Positions 36,985 to 46,680 of a stretch of 64,000 nt of DNA are shown piece after piece. The position numbers and the translations under genes are program-made. Position 1 is the first letter of the stretch; each line of letters begins with the position of its first letter. The notes under the pieces were generated by a model. The model made no database searches and was not told the origin of the DNA. It was given only the letters and a program-made list of their open reading frames with translations. The DNA is from an uncultured bacterium (GTDB lineage Bacteria; Chlamydiota; Chlamydiia; Chlamydiales; JAJFMA01): assembly GCA_964445105.1 (NCBI GenBank), contig CAYUJS010000004.1, positions 660-64,659 of the forward strand, written 5' to 3'.

Positions 36985-37578
36985 ATGATCGAAAACCGTA
37001 TCTTGCAATCTGTCAAAGAGAGCATTGCCGCTGTTTCGCAGCTAGCGCAGCCGCACATGACTGCATTCATTCAGCAGTTCGCAGAGCTGATCGTCGAGAC
37101 CCACCGCCGCGGCAACAAAATTTTAATCGCGGGGAATGGCGGCAGCCTTTGCGATGCCAATCATTTTGCCGAAGAATTAACCGGTTTTTTTCGCCAGCCG
37201 AGAGAAGCGCTCCCTGCGATCGCCTTATCTGAACCGGGGTACATCACCTGTGTGGGAAATGACGTTGGCTTTGACCAGATTTTCTCGCGCGCTATTGAGG
37301 CGCTTGGCAAGCCTGGCGACTTGTTCATTGGCTTGACTACGAGCGGAAACTCGCCAAATTTAGTCCGCGGCATCCAGGCGGCCCAGCAGCGCGGCTTGAA
37401 AACGGTGGCTTTTTTGGGTAAAGGCGGCGGTCGCCTAAAGGGCGTGGCCGATCTCGAGCTTATCATTGAGCACTTCACCACGTCTGATCGAATTCAGGAA
37501 GCTCATATGGCTGCTATGCATATCGCCATCGAGCATATGGAATACCTGCTATTTCATCCGGCGGAAGTGACCTCCTAG
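36985..37578 (+). CDS. SIS-domain protein of the GmhA/DiaA type (phosphoheptose isomerase-like).
   Basis: 197 aa with ILIAGNGGSLCDANHFAEELTG and GLTTSGNSPN motifs. Confidence 0.75.
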   Translation: MIENRILQSVKESIAAVSQLAQPHMTAFIQQFAELIVETHRRGNKILIAGNGGSLCDANHFAEELTGFFRQPREALPAIALSEPGYITCVGNDVGFDQIFSRAIEALGKPGDLFIGLTTSGNSPNLVRGIQAAQQRGLKTVAFLGKGGGRLKGVADLELIIEHFTTSDRIQEAHMAAMHIAIEHMEYLLFHPAEVTS

Positions 37579-38676
37579 ATGCTTTCCTGGGAACAGCGTT
37601 GGCGCACTGTTTGCCAAGGCCAACCAGGTTTGGCTCCCAGCCTGGCGCGCGGCTGTCTCTGGGCGCTGAGTACTGGGTATCGCGCGGCCGTCTCATTAAG
37701 AAATGGAGCCTATAGCCAACGGCTCCTTCGGTCGCGACGGCCCCCCCATTGTTTAATTATTAGCGTCGGCAATTTAGTCGCCGGCGGCACGGGTAAGACT
37801 CCCCTGACCATCAAGCTCGCCGAGGGGCTTTCGGCGTACGCGAAAGTGGCTGTGCTCTCGCGCGGTTACCGATCGGCTGCGGAGCGGCGATCTCTGCCTA
37901 CGCTTATCCGGCCCGGCGAATATGCGGGGGATGAGCCGACGATGATTGCACGCCGTCTACCGGAGGTTCTAGTATTTGCTGGCAAAAACCGCCTGCTGTC
38001 GGCGCAGATGGCTGTTGAGGCGGGCGCTGAGATCATTCTGCTGGATGATGGTTTACAGCATCGTCAGCTTGCCCGGGACGTTGAAATCATCATCCTTGAT
38101 GGCGAAGATCCCTTCGGCTGTGGCTATTACCTGCCGCGTGGTTTTCTGCGCGACAGCCCTCGCGCACTCAAGCGCGCCGATTTGGTGGTGGTTAACCAAC
38201 CTAACCGCCCTGTCGATTGGCTGCGCTCTTTCAGTGCGGCACCGGTTGTCGGAATGGAGATTAAACCCGCCCTTTGTCATGCGTTCGAGGGGGGGCCATT
38301 TGCGCTGGCGGGAAAGAAGGTCGGTCTTTTCTGTGGCATAGCCAAGCCTGAAAAATTCCGAAGCACCGCGCAGTCTCTCGGCGCTAACGTGGTCGCGGAA
38401 CATTTTTTGCCCGACCATGCTCCCATCCCAGCCGAAGCGGTCCAAGCCTTTGCTTGCCATAGCCGCCTGCTGGGCGCGGAACTCTTGCTTTGCACCGAAA
38501 AAGACCAGGTCAAGCTGGTGCCTATGCTGTCTACATCTGTTCCAATTGCTTGGCTGCAAGTGGATGCCCAGATCACTTCCAATGCGGAAATCTGGGATCA
38601 GTTCATCCGATCGCTTGCCATGCGTTGCCATAATCCGGTCGCTATGCTACGCTCTTCCTTTGGTTTAATAGGCTGA
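37579..38676 (+). CDS. lpxK: Tetraacyldisaccharide 4'-kinase.
   Basis: 365 aa with P-loop VGNLVAGGTGKTPLT, LSRGY and LLDDGLQH motifs. It starts immediately after the stop of the SIS gene. Confidence 0.85.
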   Translation: MLSWEQRWRTVCQGQPGLAPSLARGCLWALSTGYRAAVSLRNGAYSQRLLRSRRPPHCLIISVGNLVAGGTGKTPLTIKLAEGLSAYAKVAVLSRGYRSAAERRSLPTLIRPGEYAGDEPTMIARRLPEVLVFAGKNRLLSAQMAVEAGAEIILLDDGLQHRQLARDVEIIILDGEDPFGCGYYLPRGFLRDSPRALKRADLVVVNQPNRPVDWLRSFSAAPVVGMEIKPALCHAFEGGPFALAGKKVGLFCGIAKPEKFRSTAQSLGANVVAEHFLPDHAPIPAEAVQAFACHSRLLGAELLLCTEKDQVKLVPMLSTSVPIAWLQVDAQITSNAEIWDQFIRSLAMRCHNPVAMLRSSFGLIG

Positions 38677-38720
38677 CTCTTTTTTAAGTTAGTTGTCAGT
38701 TTACATGAAACGGGATCGTG

Positions 38721-39950
38721 ATGAAGCTATGGGTTAAGATACTTTTAGCAGTGCTTTTGGGTGTGATTGTGGGCGCAATCGCGGGTCCTAGCGCGCAGCT
38801 GCTTAAGCCGATTGGTACCGTTTTTTTACGCTCCGTCCAGATGGTCATCGTTCCGTTAGTCATTTCTTCGATGGTCGCGGGCGTCACTGGCATCCACGAC
38901 CCCAAGAAATTGGGCCGCGTCGGACTGACGACTTTAGTGCTGTATGTTGGCTCCACTATTGTCGCAATTTCTTTGGGGATTGGTATTGCAGTGTTGATGG
39001 GGCCTGGCCGCGGGATGCATCTTGATGCGGCGTTTACTGTGTCGGATCTTACCTCCCCGGGCATTGGCGATCTTATCCTCGGGCTTTTCCCAAGCAATCC
39101 CTTTGAAGCTTTGGCCACTGGCAATATCTTACAGATCATCGTCTTTGCGATTTTTTTAGGTATAGCTATCAACCTCGCTGGCGCGCGCGCACGGCCCGTC
39201 AGCGAATTTATGGAAGCACTTGCCGAGGTGATGTATCGGTTGACTTCCCTTATCATGGAATTTTCTCCCATAGGCGTGTTTGCTATCATGGCCTCTGTAA
39301 CGGGTGAATTTGGCTTAGTCGTGTTGACGCAGCTCTTTTGGTTCCTACTCATCTACGTTTTAGCCTGTGGCATTCACTTTTGCGTGGTTTTTGTCGGCTT
39401 GATCCGCGCTCATGGGCTGAAGATGAGGCCCTTTCTACAGGGTATGAGCGAGGCCCTCGTAATGGCGTTTTCTACTTGCAGTAGCTCTGCTACGCTTCCC
39501 GTTGCTTTAAACTGCCTACAGGCGAATTTGGGCGTGTCAAAAAATATCGCAAGCTTTGTGATGCCCTTAGGCATCAGCATTAATATGAATGGTGCCGCTA
39601 TTTTCCAAGGCATGGCCGCGATTTTTGCAGCGCAGGCATTTAACATCGATTTAAGTTGGCAGCAGCTCTTGACGATCGTCATTACCGCCGTGGTGTCTGC
39701 TATAGGGGCCGCGGGTGTGCCCGGCAGCGGCTTCATCATGCTCTCTTTGGTTTTTAACTCTGCTGGGCTTCCACTAGAGGCTTTAGGATTGCTTTTTGGC
39801 ATCGATCGAGTGCGGGAGATGTTCTCCACTGTCTTAAATATCACGGGTGATGCTGTTTGTGCAGTCGTGGTGGCCAAGCGCGAAGGTGCGCTTGACGAAA
39901 ATCAGTATAATCACCACGAGCTTTTTGAGCTCGAAGGCTCTGAGGCGTAA
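38721..39950 (+). CDS. Dicarboxylate/amino acid:cation symporter (DAACS/GltP family).
   Basis: About 409 aa with SPIGVFAIMA, SSSATLPV, NMNGAAIFQGMAAIF, AAGVPGSGFIML and DRVREMFSTVLNITGDAV motifs. Confidence 0.85.
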   Translation: MKLWVKILLAVLLGVIVGAIAGPSAQLLKPIGTVFLRSVQMVIVPLVISSMVAGVTGIHDPKKLGRVGLTTLVLYVGSTIVAISLGIGIAVLMGPGRGMHLDAAFTVSDLTSPGIGDLILGLFPSNPFEALATGNILQIIVFAIFLGIAINLAGARARPVSEFMEALAEVMYRLTSLIMEFSPIGVFAIMASVTGEFGLVVLTQLFWFLLIYVLACGIHFCVVFVGLIRAHGLKMRPFLQGMSEALVMAFSTCSSSATLPVALNCLQANLGVSKNIASFVMPLGISINMNGAAIFQGMAAIFAAQAFNIDLSWQQLLTIVITAVVSAIGAAGVPGSGFIMLSLVFNSAGLPLEALGLLFGIDRVREMFSTVLNITGDAVCAVVVAKREGALDENQYNHHELFELEGSEA

Positions 39951-39960
39951 GCGCAAGATA

Positions 39961-40072
39961 GCAGTTTCCTCTAAATAAACAAGCTGACTGGCTCTGTGAT
40001 CATCCAGCCTCATTTTGCTCCTTACCTGTTGTTAGTACTCCTAAGCGCATTTTTTAGCGGGAATCGCTGAGC
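39961..40072. repeat. MITE-like element, family 1; short, diverged copy.
   Basis: Left end gcagtttcctctaaataaacaagctgactggctc; right end gcattttttagcgggaatcgctgagc. It is intergenic, between the symporter and the GH8 gene. Confidence 0.55.
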
Positions 40073-40148
40073 TCAAGACAGTGTTTAATAAAAAATCGAC
40101 ACTTTTTTTCTTTGGCTACTTTCTGAATTGTGCTTTAAAGAGGAGAAT

Positions 40149-41948
40149 ATGAGAACGCTAATGCAATCTTTAGCTCTAATGACCCTGGTAGCCTTTACCA
40201 CGGCCTTCGCCGGCAAGGTGACTATTGCCACTAAAGGCGAGGCTGTCGTGCCGACCGGCAACGTGGTTTTTGCCAGCACCTACCAGCAGTGGATTGACCC
40301 TGCTAACAATTTTGTTAAGTACATCGATCAGTATGATCAGGCGCGCGTGGTCTTTATCGGCTCTGAAGCGTACAGCGTAGATGGCGATGGCAAGGTACCT
40401 ACCGTGTCTGAAGGGATGGGATACGGGCTTCTTCTCTCTTATGCGAACGACGACCAGCTCTTATTTGATAAGTTTTTGCGTTACGTCATTGCTACAGCCA
40501 ATAACTACGGCTGCGGACTCTTTGACGCTCGACAACGTTGCTGCTTAGCCACATCTCCCTTTCTCATGCCCTGGCTAGTCAACGAGCAAGGCAAACCTTT
40601 CTGGTACCAATCCTCACCTAGTCTTTCAAACAGAGCCTTAGCGGACGCAGAGGCTACTTATACTTCAGGGTCAGCCAGCGATGCTGATTTTCAAATCGCT
40701 TGGGCCGTTCATCTGGCCGCGGAGAAAGTAAAAGCTAACAGCTGGCAGAATTCCTCTTTTACCACTTCCTCGGGTACCTTTAACTATGCAGAGCTATTCG
40801 AAGCGATAGGGAAAGCGATTCGCTTGAGTGACGTCGACCTAGACACCTTAAGGTACGCGCCAGGCAACCAGTGGGGCACAGCAGGCACAGCATTTTGCTA
40901 CCCTGGCTATTTTACTCCGCAGGCCTTCGACGCGCTTGCGCAACTGCCCCCTTTGGATGTCAGTAGCGAATGCCCGGTCAACCCGCCCGTCCAGACGCCT
41001 GCTAATTCACTGCTGTTAATTTATAAAAATAATGTTACCAAGACTGTCTCGATTGACTACATGGGGGGCGCAGGTACGATTGCGCCAGACCAAAATTTTG
41101 TGCCCAAACCTGACTCCTCGACCGGTTTTACCGTAGAGGCCATCGCCACCGCCTCGGCCACCTCGACCTCGTCCAATCAGTATTATAATAATTTGACCTT
41201 TCAAGCGACCTTTTATGGAGAGCTCGGCCAAGCTCTTTATGTAGCCAACTATTTCTTTGAATACAACACTTTCAACGGTGTGCTGAAATGGGTCGTTACC
41301 GATCGCGGTTCTTCTCCTGAAGCGAAGGTCTGCCTCATCAATAACGTTGCCCACGTGTTCCTAACGGAACCGGACATTGAGAAAGTAAATTTTGGGTGGG
41401 CGGCCGTCAAAACAAATACCTTGCTTACCGTACAGACCTTCCAGGAGACGTACCATACAGGCTTATTTCCGAACACCCTCTTCTACGGCGGAGAGTACCC
41501 ATATAATCCCTGGAACCGTAGTTTTGCTTACGACGCTGTGCGCTTCCCTCTTTGGGCCGCTAGCTACGCCTACACAACCAACCCTAAGGACTCCACTAGC
41601 GCCCTACAGCGCTCTATGCTGAGCGCACTGGTCGGGCCAAAAGGCGTGGCGCCCTTTATCCAGCCCGTGCCGCTTGGCAAGAGCATGCCCACCGAGGGAA
41701 TAGAGGTTTTCACTGACCAGCCGGTGGGCAACTATTCAACTGCCGCCCCTTCATTGAATGGCCCCATCGCTATGACAGCCCTACTTTCGGGCAATCAAGC
41801 ACTGTATGATTCGCTGATCGGGCCGCTGACTAGTTACCAGATCACGCAACGTCAGCCGCAGCCCAGCGATCCCGCCGGCGATAGCGGTCCCTATTTTGAC
41901 GCAGCCATCTTGCTACTCGTGGAGGCTTTGATCAATCAGAAGATGTAG
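40149..41948 (+). CDS. Secreted glycoside hydrolase family 8 protein.
   Basis: Start at the ATG at 40149 after AGGAG. Signal-like MRTLMQSLALMTLVAFTTAFAG. VSEGMGYGLLLSY is the GH8 catalytic Glu region. SGSASDADFQIAWAVHLA fits the GH8 signature A-[ST]-D-[AG]-D-x2-[IM]-A. Confidence 0.7.
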   Translation: MRTLMQSLALMTLVAFTTAFAGKVTIATKGEAVVPTGNVVFASTYQQWIDPANNFVKYIDQYDQARVVFIGSEAYSVDGDGKVPTVSEGMGYGLLLSYANDDQLLFDKFLRYVIATANNYGCGLFDARQRCCLATSPFLMPWLVNEQGKPFWYQSSPSLSNRALADAEATYTSGSASDADFQIAWAVHLAAEKVKANSWQNSSFTTSSGTFNYAELFEAIGKAIRLSDVDLDTLRYAPGNQWGTAGTAFCYPGYFTPQAFDALAQLPPLDVSSECPVNPPVQTPANSLLLIYKNNVTKTVSIDYMGGAGTIAPDQNFVPKPDSSTGFTVEAIATASATSTSSNQYYNNLTFQATFYGELGQALYVANYFFEYNTFNGVLKWVVTDRGSSPEAKVCLINNVAHVFLTEPDIEKVNFGWAAVKTNTLLTVQTFQETYHTGLFPNTLFYGGEYPYNPWNRSFAYDAVRFPLWAASYAYTTNPKDSTSALQRSMLSALVGPKGVAPFIQPVPLGKSMPTEGIEVFTDQPVGNYSTAAPSLNGPIAMTALLSGNQALYDSLIGPLTSYQITQRQPQPSDPAGDSGPYFDAAILLLVEALINQKM

Positions 41949-41950
41949 GC

Positions 41951-42391
41951 TCATATGGCGGCTTTTTTCCAAAGATGGCCTTGGATAATGCTGCGGTACT
42001 CTTCCGAAGAACAAAATTCGGCGTGTAGTGAATATTGCTGTGCGCCGGCGATTCTGTACATTTCGAAGCCTTGAAAATCTGCGTGTCTGAGAAACTCCCA
42101 GCCGATCTGTACCTCGTCGTAAATGCCTTTGCCAGTCGCAGTGCCGATCAGATCGTTCTGTAGCTCGACGGTAAAATTTGTGGGCGTAATGTCGGAAAAT
42201 AGAAAGTGATTCACGATTTTATCGCCGACGCCGCGCAGCTCTACCTGCTGGATCGCCCGAATCTGGCCATTGGTTTTTTCGTTGACCTCCCATTTGCTGG
42301 CAAAGTGGAGGGCCTCGGGCGAGGCAGTGAAGGTGATCGTTCCCTCGCCTAGCCAAACCCCGGGCTGTAGAAGAAATGGATGTGACATCAA
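41951..42391 (-). CDS. Hypothetical protein co-transcribed with the SEDS gene.
   Basis: 146 aa with an ATGA start/stop overlap with the upstream gene. No recognised motif. Confidence 0.5.
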   Translation of the reverse strand: MMSHPFLLQPGVWLGEGTITFTASPEALHFASKWEVNEKTNGQIRAIQQVELRGVGDKIVNHFLFSDITPTNFTVELQNDLIGTATGKGIYDEVQIGWEFLRHADFQGFEMYRIAGAQQYSLHAEFCSSEEYRSIIQGHLWKKAAI

Positions 42392-43512
42392 AACATGAAC
42401 CTCCGACTATAAACGCTTTGTACTATACCCAAAGCGAGCATGGTCGCCAAGAGAGATGATCCGCCGTAAGAGATTAAAATCAGCGGGACGCCGGTAATGG
42501 GCAAGAAACCAGTCATCATGCCCACGTTAATCAATATGTGTACGGCTAAGTAAACGGTAATCCCCGCGACCAGCAGCCTACCGAACGCATCCTTTGCGAT
42601 GGCGGTTGCTTGGAAGCAAAAATAGATTAAGGCATAAAACAGAGCCAGAAGGATAGTCAAGCCCAGCAGACCGAACTCTTCGCCAAAGGTGGCGAATACG
42701 GAGTCAGTAGCTGCGGTGGGCAGCCAGCCGCCGCGGATATACTCCCCCTGGTGCCAGCCGGTGCCGGTCACGCCACCTAGCGCGATGGCTGTCGCGGCTG
42801 CGCGATGGTGATGGTCGTCCGGCTTCAGCCGCTCATACTGATAGCTGCGCATCACCATCGTCATGACGGGTCGCGCCTCTTCGTGCGGGATAATCTCCAG
42901 CAAAAAACAGGAGACGAGCAGTAGCAGTAGCCCCCCGGCCCAAGCGCCGAGCCGGACAATTGTGGGATTGATATCGCCTATGTAAAAAATCACCAGGGCA
43001 ATGGGCGGGATGACCAAAGCTGTACCCAGGTCGGGCTGCTTGAGAATAAGCAGAAAGGGGACCCCAGCGATTAAAGCGGCTTGTAAGCTTGTACGCCAGC
43101 TCCAAGAGGTGGCGCGACAGCGCTCCAAAAACCAGCTGAGGGCCAGCACTACCACCAACTTGGCGGCTTCAGAGGGCTGAATACTGAATCCCAAAAGGGG
43201 CACTTTATACCAGCGGTGTACGTTTTGAATGGCAGGGCTAAAAAACACGCCGACTAGGGCCAGTAGCGTCAAACCGTACAGGAGCCAGGTCCATTCGCGA
43301 AGCTTATGGTAGTCGAGACCCGCGGCAATAAAAAACGTCAGCCAGCCCAGCCCAAACCATTGGAGCTGCGAGGTCGCCAGCGGAGTGAGCGCGCTGCTTT
43401 CAGTACCCTCCTGAGAGGCGGACGAGACGGCTAATAGGCTTATGGCCATAAGAGCCAAGATGACAGGAATGACGCGCAGGTCCATGCGAGAGAGGTAGCG
43501 ATAGCTCCACAT
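42388..43512 (-). CDS. SEDS-family peptidoglycan polymerase (RodA/FtsW).
   Basis: 374 aa with about 10 TM helices. Motifs: QPSEAAKL, KQPDLGTAL, TDSVFATFGEEFGLLG, PLILISYGGSSLLA. Confidence 0.85.
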   Translation of the reverse strand: MWSYRYLSRMDLRVIPVILALMAISLLAVSSASQEGTESSALTPLATSQLQWFGLGWLTFFIAAGLDYHKLREWTWLLYGLTLLALVGVFFSPAIQNVHRWYKVPLLGFSIQPSEAAKLVVVLALSWFLERCRATSWSWRTSLQAALIAGVPFLLILKQPDLGTALVIPPIALVIFYIGDINPTIVRLGAWAGGLLLLLVSCFLLEIIPHEEARPVMTMVMRSYQYERLKPDDHHHRAAATAIALGGVTGTGWHQGEYIRGGWLPTAATDSVFATFGEEFGLLGLTILLALFYALIYFCFQATAIAKDAFGRLLVAGITVYLAVHILINVGMMTGFLPITGVPLILISYGGSSLLATMLALGIVQSVYSRRFMF

Positions 43513-43517
43513 AGTGC

Positions 43518-44651
43518 TCAGGTCCGAAAAAGGCTTTGTAGGAATTGATGATAGCGTTCAGACCGTTTATCAAAGGAGTACTGGGCGGCTATACTTTGCA
43601 TGCGCCCTAAACGCGCCGAAGCCACAGGCTCGGCCACTGCCTGACGGATCGCCCGCGCAAATTGCGCAGGGTCGGTCGATGCAAGGAAGATGGTATCTTC
43701 GCCTGAAATCGATCTGACGGAGGGATAGTCCACCGCTACCACTGGGATAGGCGTAGCCATGTACTCGAACAGCTTCATCGGAGAGGTGAGGTAACGGGAT
43801 TCAACATTATCTCCCAGCGGCAGCAAGAGCGCCGACGAGCCTGAAAACGCCTCGGATATTAGCTTTTCACGAGCTAAAAATCCGAGATTTTCTACCCTCC
43901 CCTGTAGCCCATAGAGGGAAATTAGGCCTTCGATATAGCTCCGGCTCGGCTCGTCGTCTTTCCCGCCCGCTATGCGCAACACGAAGCGACGGTCTAAATG
44001 GGTCAGTGCCTGAAAAAGTAGAGGAAGATTCTTCCATCTCGTGAACTGCCCCGCATAGGTAACCACTAGCCGGTGCGGGTCGCTGCCTCTGCGCGCGCTG
44101 CTAAAGCGCGCCGGATCTACGCCGTTGGGTAAGACGACTGTGCGGGGGTGGGAGATGGCTTCGCGCGTAGACAATTCTTGCTGACTTTGGTTGGTGAGGA
44201 GCAGGCCATCTATGCGCTTTAGTAGCTCTGTGTAGTTGGCTTTTTCTTTTCTTGCTTGGGCAGGGTCTTTTTTTAGCAGATAGGGCAGTGCGTCCTCATG
44301 CCGCTCAAGGACAAAACGGACATCGCCCAACAGAGGCTTAAACCACAGCACCTCGCGCATTTTGTTATAGTTGCGTGAAACAATCACTTTAGGCCCTCGG
44401 TCGCATAGGATACGCCCTAGCATGCACCAGCGCAACAGATCGCGCGCCCATTTAAAACTTTCCTCTCCGACAAGTAGGTGTGCGTGTGGAATGTCTTGCC
44501 GCACTTTTTTGAAAGCTGCCTCATTGTCGTAGGTCCCAAACAAATTCACTTGGTAGCCATACTGTTGTAAGAGGCGGTAGTCTTGGACTACCTGAATGGT
44601 TTGCGCGGATCGGTAGTCGAAGCGAAGTGGAAAATAATAGTAAATTTGCAT
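43518..44651 (-). CDS. Family 1/4 glycosyltransferase (GT-B fold).
   Basis: Start taken at MQIYYYFP (44651) to avoid overlapping birA. The C-terminal region SPMKLFEYMATPIPVVAVDYPSV resembles the E-x7-E GT4 motif region. Confidence 0.65.
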   Translation of the reverse strand: MQIYYYFPLRFDYRSAQTIQVVQDYRLLQQYGYQVNLFGTYDNEAAFKKVRQDIPHAHLLVGEESFKWARDLLRWCMLGRILCDRGPKVIVSRNYNKMREVLWFKPLLGDVRFVLERHEDALPYLLKKDPAQARKEKANYTELLKRIDGLLLTNQSQQELSTREAISHPRTVVLPNGVDPARFSSARRGSDPHRLVVTYAGQFTRWKNLPLLFQALTHLDRRFVLRIAGGKDDEPSRSYIEGLISLYGLQGRVENLGFLAREKLISEAFSGSSALLLPLGDNVESRYLTSPMKLFEYMATPIPVVAVDYPSVRSISGEDTIFLASTDPAQFARAIRQAVAEPVASARLGRMQSIAAQYSFDKRSERYHQFLQSLFRT

Positions 44652-44706
44652 AGGGTGATTGTAGCGCGAATGGTCTTGCAACGCACGCAAAATTGGATGT
44701 AACGGA

Positions 44707-45414
44707 ATGGAACTGGATCGGTTTGTTTTTGAAGTAATTGACTCGACGAATAGTTGGGCCAAGGCGAATGTGGACAAATTCCACCTACAACATCTCACCG
44801 TGATCTCTGCGGACAGTCAGACAGGCGGCTATGGGCGACACGGCCGCAATTGGGTTTCGCCTTCAGGCAAAAACCTTTACCTTTCCTTCTGCTTTCGCCA
44901 CGCTGGGCAGACTAGTGGCTTGACGGCCGTCGCGGCATTAGGTGTGGCACAAGCGTTGGAGCTGTTAGGGCTGGCGCCTTGTCTTAAATGGCCTAACGAT
45001 CTGTTTTTGTCTAAAAAAAAGGTTTGCGGCATTCTCTGTGAGGTGAAAGATGGATGGGCGATCGTCGGTATTGGTCTGAATGTCAACATGACCGCCCAGG
45101 AACTCGTTCAGGTCGGTCAGCCGGCTACCTCGCTGCTCCTAGAGACCTCTCAGCCCCAAAACATCAAACAGATCCAAGAATTGATTGAAGGTACCCTTTC
45201 AGTCGATATCGTTACTTATCTTCTGCAAGGGTTAGAGCCGTTTTATGCCGCCTACAGGCAGCGCCTCATGCATAAGCTAGGCGATGCAATCCAAATTGAC
45301 GATGGCCAGCTTGTCTGGCGGGGCACATTTCATAAAATCAATATAGATGGCTCCTTGAGCTTGATCGTCGACGAAAATCGAGCTAAATCTTTCTACGCCG
45401 GCGATATGGCTTAA
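44707..45414 (+). CDS. birA: Biotin-[acetyl-CoA-carboxylase] ligase with no N-terminal HTH (group I).
   Basis: 235 aa with QTGGYGRHGRNWVSPSGKNLYLSF (the GRGRxGRxW-type motif) and KWPNDL. Confidence 0.85.
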   Translation: MELDRFVFEVIDSTNSWAKANVDKFHLQHLTVISADSQTGGYGRHGRNWVSPSGKNLYLSFCFRHAGQTSGLTAVAALGVAQALELLGLAPCLKWPNDLFLSKKKVCGILCEVKDGWAIVGIGLNVNMTAQELVQVGQPATSLLLETSQPQNIKQIQELIEGTLSVDIVTYLLQGLEPFYAAYRQRLMHKLGDAIQIDDGQLVWRGTFHKINIDGSLSLIVDENRAKSFYAGDMA

Positions 45415-45466
45415 GTCTGCGATGAGGCGGGGGCTGGGCTATCTTTAGCCTTGCATAATTCGCCAT

Positions 45467-45501
45467 GTCCTAAAAGTGACATTTTTCGTCACCTTTAGGA
45501 C
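45467..45501. terminator. Near-perfect hairpin downstream of birA.
   Basis: gtcctaaaagtgac (45467-45480), loop atttttc, gtcacctttaggac (45488-45501); one mismatch. Confidence 0.35.
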
Positions 45502-45993
45502 GTGGAATAGCATCAACCTCCACAAAAAAACCGGCTCAGTGAGGGCAAGACGGGCGCTGCACAAGCGCATTATGAGGAGCGGCAGTGCCAAAAAGGCTCC
45601 CGGTTCTTGTTGGTGCCTTTCCTTTTAGAAAGTAGCGCCAAAGCTTCTTTGTGACAGGCGGACCTTAAAAGCCTCGATTTGTCAAACCCGCTTTCAGATG
45701 TTTAGTCGATATTACCTCTTGCCTGTGCCTGCTTAAGCGCGCAGCCTCCAAAGTGGCTTCTAATCGCCGCGCAGGATCTAACGAAGCGTTTAGGTGGCGA
45801 AATCTGACACCTAAGAGCATTTTTAATCACCTCTATGTTCTGACCAGGCTTTTTGGTCCATGCAAAGCAGAGGCATCGTTGCAAAATGCGTAAAAGAGGC
45901 TGTGAATTGGACGTCAAGGTGCTCGCAATCGGGGGCCGACTCCGTACCTCTAGGCAGAGCTAAGCTTTTCAACTAAGGCCGCCAGCCCGCGCC

Positions 45994-46080
45994 CAGCAGT
46001 TCCCGCTAAAAAAAGGAAGCCGACTGGCTCCGGGGGGCATCAGCCTCATCTTGCCTCCCATCCCTAGCTTCGGCTATGCA
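45994..46080. repeat. MITE-like element, family 1; left half only.
   Basis: cagcagttcccgctaaaaaaaggaagccgactggctccgg...catcagcctcatcttgc. No right terminal repeat is present before the AbiEii-like fragment begins. Confidence 0.55.
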
Positions 46081-46081
46081 T

Positions 46082-46489
46082 TCAACGAGACACTTTCAAG
46101 TATTGCCGACAAGAAAAGAGGTCTTTGAAGTGCAGTCTGAGTGGTTTAACGGCTCTACAGCGGTGATCACCTATGAAATTGATGAGTTTATGGCAACTAA
46201 GCTGCGCGCCCTCTAGCAGCGCCGGAAGAGACGAGATTTGTTTGGCCTGTGGTATGTGGCCGAGCGAGGGTTGATCAACATAAATAGAGTGGTTGATATC
46301 TTTACTCACCATTGCGCCCATGACGGCCTCAAAATATCCAGGGAAGAGTTCCTAAAAAATCTCGAGCTCAAAAAGGCGAATCCCTATTTCCAATTCGATA
46401 TGAGCGTTTTGCTGCCGCCTGAATTAAATTGGGATTTTGAGGAAGCTTACCAGTATATAATCGAAAAAATTATCAGCAAATTTCCATGA
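46082..46489 (+). pseudogene. C-terminal fragment of an AbiEii/AbiGii-type nucleotidyltransferase toxin with an in-frame stop.
   Basis: The frame reads ...VITYEIDEFMATKLRAL*QRRKRRDLFGLWYVAERG... The TAG is at 46214-46216. The AxKLRALxQRxxxRDLxDLWY pattern is typical of the family's C-terminal region. No N-terminal NTase part is present. Confidence 0.5.
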
Positions 46490-46538
46490 AGGCGACCTAT
46501 TATTGCAAAATACGGGGCGGACTTTAACCGAAAATAAA

Positions 46539-46628
46539 GTGGCGGAGGAGGTGGGATTCGAACCCACGGTACAGTTTCCCGTACACACGCTTTCCAAGCG
46601 GGCTCCTTCAGCCACTCAGACACTCCTC
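46539..46628 (-). tRNA. tRNA-Ser (anticodon GGA).
   Basis: The reverse complement reads GGAGGAGTGTCTGAGTGGCTGAAGGAGCCCGCTTGGAAAGCGTGTGTACGGGAAACTGTACCGTGGGTTCGAATCCCACCTCCTCCGCCA. It has a 7-bp acceptor stem, anticodon loop TTGGAAA, a long variable arm, a TTCGAAT T-loop and an encoded CCA. Confidence 0.9.
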
Positions 46629-46680
46629 CGCAGAGAGAAAACAGGATAGCTCATTTGGACATTCTTGTGAAGAGTAAGCT

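Noticed and set aside
38696-39352. A 218-aa minus-strand ORF, plus others at 39410-39877 and 38053-38631.
   Set aside because: They are antisense to well-supported genes (the DAACS symporter and lpxK) and have no motifs of their own.
45700-45920. A possible tyrosine-recombinase C-terminal remnant. The minus-strand frame reads GQNIEVIKNALRCQISPPKRFV, which vaguely resembles G.(D/N)I..IQ.LLGHS...TT..Y.
   Set aside because: The similarity is short and requires several substitutions at invariant positions. No catalytic R/H/Y context could be traced. It is too weak to call.
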